A DNA stretch of 63,684 nt, the filler included, from Globobulimina sp. (lineage: Eukaryota): NCBI GenBank assembly GCA_003354225.1. It is 29 parts of 29 records of this genome, joined end to end, with 100 filler letters (N's around TTAATTAATTAA, not from the genome) between each part and the next. Parts side by side here need not be neighbours in the genome. Positions count along the whole stretch, not along the records: positions 61,587 to 63,684 come from PIVH01009017.1; 28 more parts are not named here. One strand, given 5' to 3'. Every line of letters starts with the position of its first letter. Position 1 is the stretch's first letter. Below the pieces are notes generated by a model, which saw only the letters and a program-made list of their open reading frames with translations, did no database searches and was not told the DNA's origin. Shown one piece after another: positions 61,755 through 63,684 of this stretch. The position numbers and the translations under genes are program-made.

Positions 61755-62408
61755 TTATGCTTCTTCGAACCTCCAGTACAAATTATGTTGTTTTACCTTT
61801 TCCCACTGAGTGATATCAGCGCCATTTTTATTTGCTCCGCCATGATTATGAACGCATTTATTGCTATCTTTAAATATTATATACCAATATTCATAATCAT
61901 TACATTGCTCATCATAAACCCTTTCAAATCTAACGCGTAAGTTTGGTTCCGGTCCAATGCGCCACGTTGTACACTTTGCTCCATTCCCTTTGCCGCCGCC
62001 ATGATTATGTAATACTTTGCCCGTCGCCGCGCTGATAATATGAAAATATCCATTATCCGCATGTACCGGACATACAATCCATTTTAAATTGTCTTGATTT
62101 ACCTTATCCCATTGGCTTATTTTAGCTCCATTGCTATCCACAAAACCATTTAAATGAATACATTTGCCATTTGGACCAATGATATAATATTTAGTGTAAG
62201 GTTTAAATATTGGATATGCAGATTTTTGTTTTAGTACTCCATTGAATTTAGGGTTTTTATTACCACCTTTCCGAATGACATTGAATGCTTTGGTCACTTT
62301 TGTAGGTACATTACAACTATTTTCCAGAAAGAAATCTGTCAATATTTCCATTGGATCATCTGCATAGTTGTCGCATTCTTTCCCTTCTGTCGAATTTGAC
62401 TGTGTCAT
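61755..62408 (-). CDS. Ricin B-type (beta-trefoil) lectin protein
   Basis: Three repeats of K(C/V)(I/L/V)H..G....NGA.I.QW.....NL.W. Confidence 0.85.
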   Translation of the reverse strand: MTQSNSTEGKECDNYADDPMEILTDFFLENSCNVPTKVTKAFNVIRKGGNKNPKFNGVLKQKSAYPIFKPYTKYYIIGPNGKCIHLNGFVDSNGAKISQWDKVNQDNLKWIVCPVHADNGYFHIISAATGKVLHNHGGGKGNGAKCTTWRIGPEPNLRVRFERVYDEQCNDYEYWYIIFKDSNKCVHNHGGANKNGADITQWEKVKQHNLYWRFEEA

Positions 62409-62465
62409 GGTGTCAGACAGCAATTTACTTCAACAGTCTTTACTTTGTCAATTTCAAGCTATAAA

Positions 62466-63446
62466 ATGCATTTGTTTGGCAATGATCCAACAGCATCTGC
62501 AAAAAAGCAGGTATTCAATATAAGATTCGCAGCAAAATCGTTAATTCGAGAATCAAAAAAAATTGAAAAAGAGGAGAAACGAAATAAAAAAAAATGTAGA
62601 AAAGCAATGCAAACTGGAAATGATAAATTAGCCAGAAAATATGCACAAAAATCAATAAAATTACATAATACTTTTGTAAGTTATGGCCAATTATCCTCGA
62701 GACTCGATTCCATGGCTCAGAGATTGAATACTGTCATCATACAAACTGGCAAACTCACAAAACAAATTATTGCATTTATCAGTAAACTTGATTCTGTTTT
62801 GAAAACTATGGATATTGAAAAGATTATTGCTATGTTAGACAAATTCGAACAGCAATTTGAAGATTTGGATGTAAACAGTCAATATATGGAAAGTGAGATG
62901 GATTCGACCACTGCACACTGTATGACACAGACACAAATTGAAGGTCTTATGGCTCAAATCGCAGATGATTCGGGATTACAATATCAAAATGAAATGGATT
63001 GCATTGGTTTATCGGTTGGAGGCGCCAAAGATGTCAATAATTTTAGAAAATGTGTGGCAAACAATGTTATGCCATCACTTGGATCAATCACATTTAATGG
63101 AATATTTTCTGAGTATTATTTTGACACAAAAAGCAGACACAATGCAGATATGGATGAAAAAAAAGATGGTATTGATGGTTCTCAGTTGTTTTACCCAACT
63201 TATTGTTTTGCTAAAATCCAGAAATATAGTTTTGATGATATGGATGAGCGCAGATATGAATATTATATGTCATTGGGATTAAATTCAAATATTAAAATGA
63301 AAGATTTTAAACGGAAACACTTAAATTTAGTGGTAGTGTTAGATAGATCTGGTTCGATGCAGTCGCGGTTTGATAACGATTCAACAAATAACTCTAAAAT
63401 GGCTGTTGCCAATGAAGCGGTGATTGGACTGTTCGAAGTCCTGAAA
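62466..63446 (+). CDS. CHMP1/Did2-like ESCRT-III domain fused to a VWA-domain protein, 3' truncated
   Basis: FNIRFAAKSLIRESKK...DKFEQQFEDLDV...QIADDSGL (CHMP1) then GLSVGGAKDVNNFR...LNLVVVLDRSGSM (VWA MIDAS). Confidence 0.8.
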
Positions 63447-63559
63447 GTTTACAGAGAGTGTCATAGTTTCCAGTTTGACGGATTTTCACAATTCCTACAT
63501 TTTGTAAGGGAAATAATCACTCCGAATTACTATCTAACGACCGAGAATCTCCAAGTTGT

Positions 63560-63684
63560 TGGAACATCGAAAAAAATACAGCATTGAAGGCTGAAAGAGA
63601 AGTAATGTTTGAGGATGTTGTGTTCTGCATAACTCATGGTTCTCTGTTGGATACAATCGAGCATCCGAATAAGAATAAATATCA
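63560..63684 (+). CDS. Bacterial BrnT-like toxin fragment (likely chimeric contaminant)
   Basis: WNIEKNTALKAEREVMFEDVVFCITHGSLLDTIEHPNKNKY fits the W..EKN..L...R.(V/I).FE pattern. Confidence 0.6.

Noticed and set aside
1-63684. Gene cluster or operon linking genes across the window (e.g. MIT with CHMP1, PPR-DYW with the 48907 mitochondrial-like gene)
   Set aside because: The genes are on separate size-sorted contigs, so co-occurrence is arbitrary

Overview
This window is not one locus. It is an artificial concatenation of 29 unrelated contigs of about 2.1 kb, sorted by slightly decreasing length and joined by 28 spacers of N-run + TTAATTAATTAA + N-run, so adjacency across spacers has no biological meaning. 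The DNA is from an AT-rich microbial eukaryote with short GT-AG introns (about 50-150 nt) and very short intergenic regions. The gene-family mix suggests a protist, possibly a foraminiferan/rhizarian (inference only). Recognisable genes include NOP56, ELF1, RPN5, APC2, AP-1 mu, TMCO1, a ceramide synthase, a KCNH/CNG-like K+ channel, G-alpha, a DUSP, a GH44 glucanase and a PHB depolymerase. Several contigs switch abruptly into bacterial-looking sequence (NRPS condensation domain, BrnT-like toxin), which looks like amplification or assembly chimerism. Best candidates for new biology: (1) an intron-containing PPR protein with a C-terminal DYW-type deaminase domain (HSE...CxDC...CSC) ending in KHR, next to a second PPR/E-motif gene end, i.e. 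a candidate organellar RNA-editing system outside plants; (2) a ~250-nt intergenic segment folding into a multibranch RNA with + strand G-U wobbles; (3) two intact MITEs with 8-bp target-site duplications; (4) a CHMP1(ESCRT-III)-VWA fusion. All calls come from reading the sequence by eye; no database searches were run.
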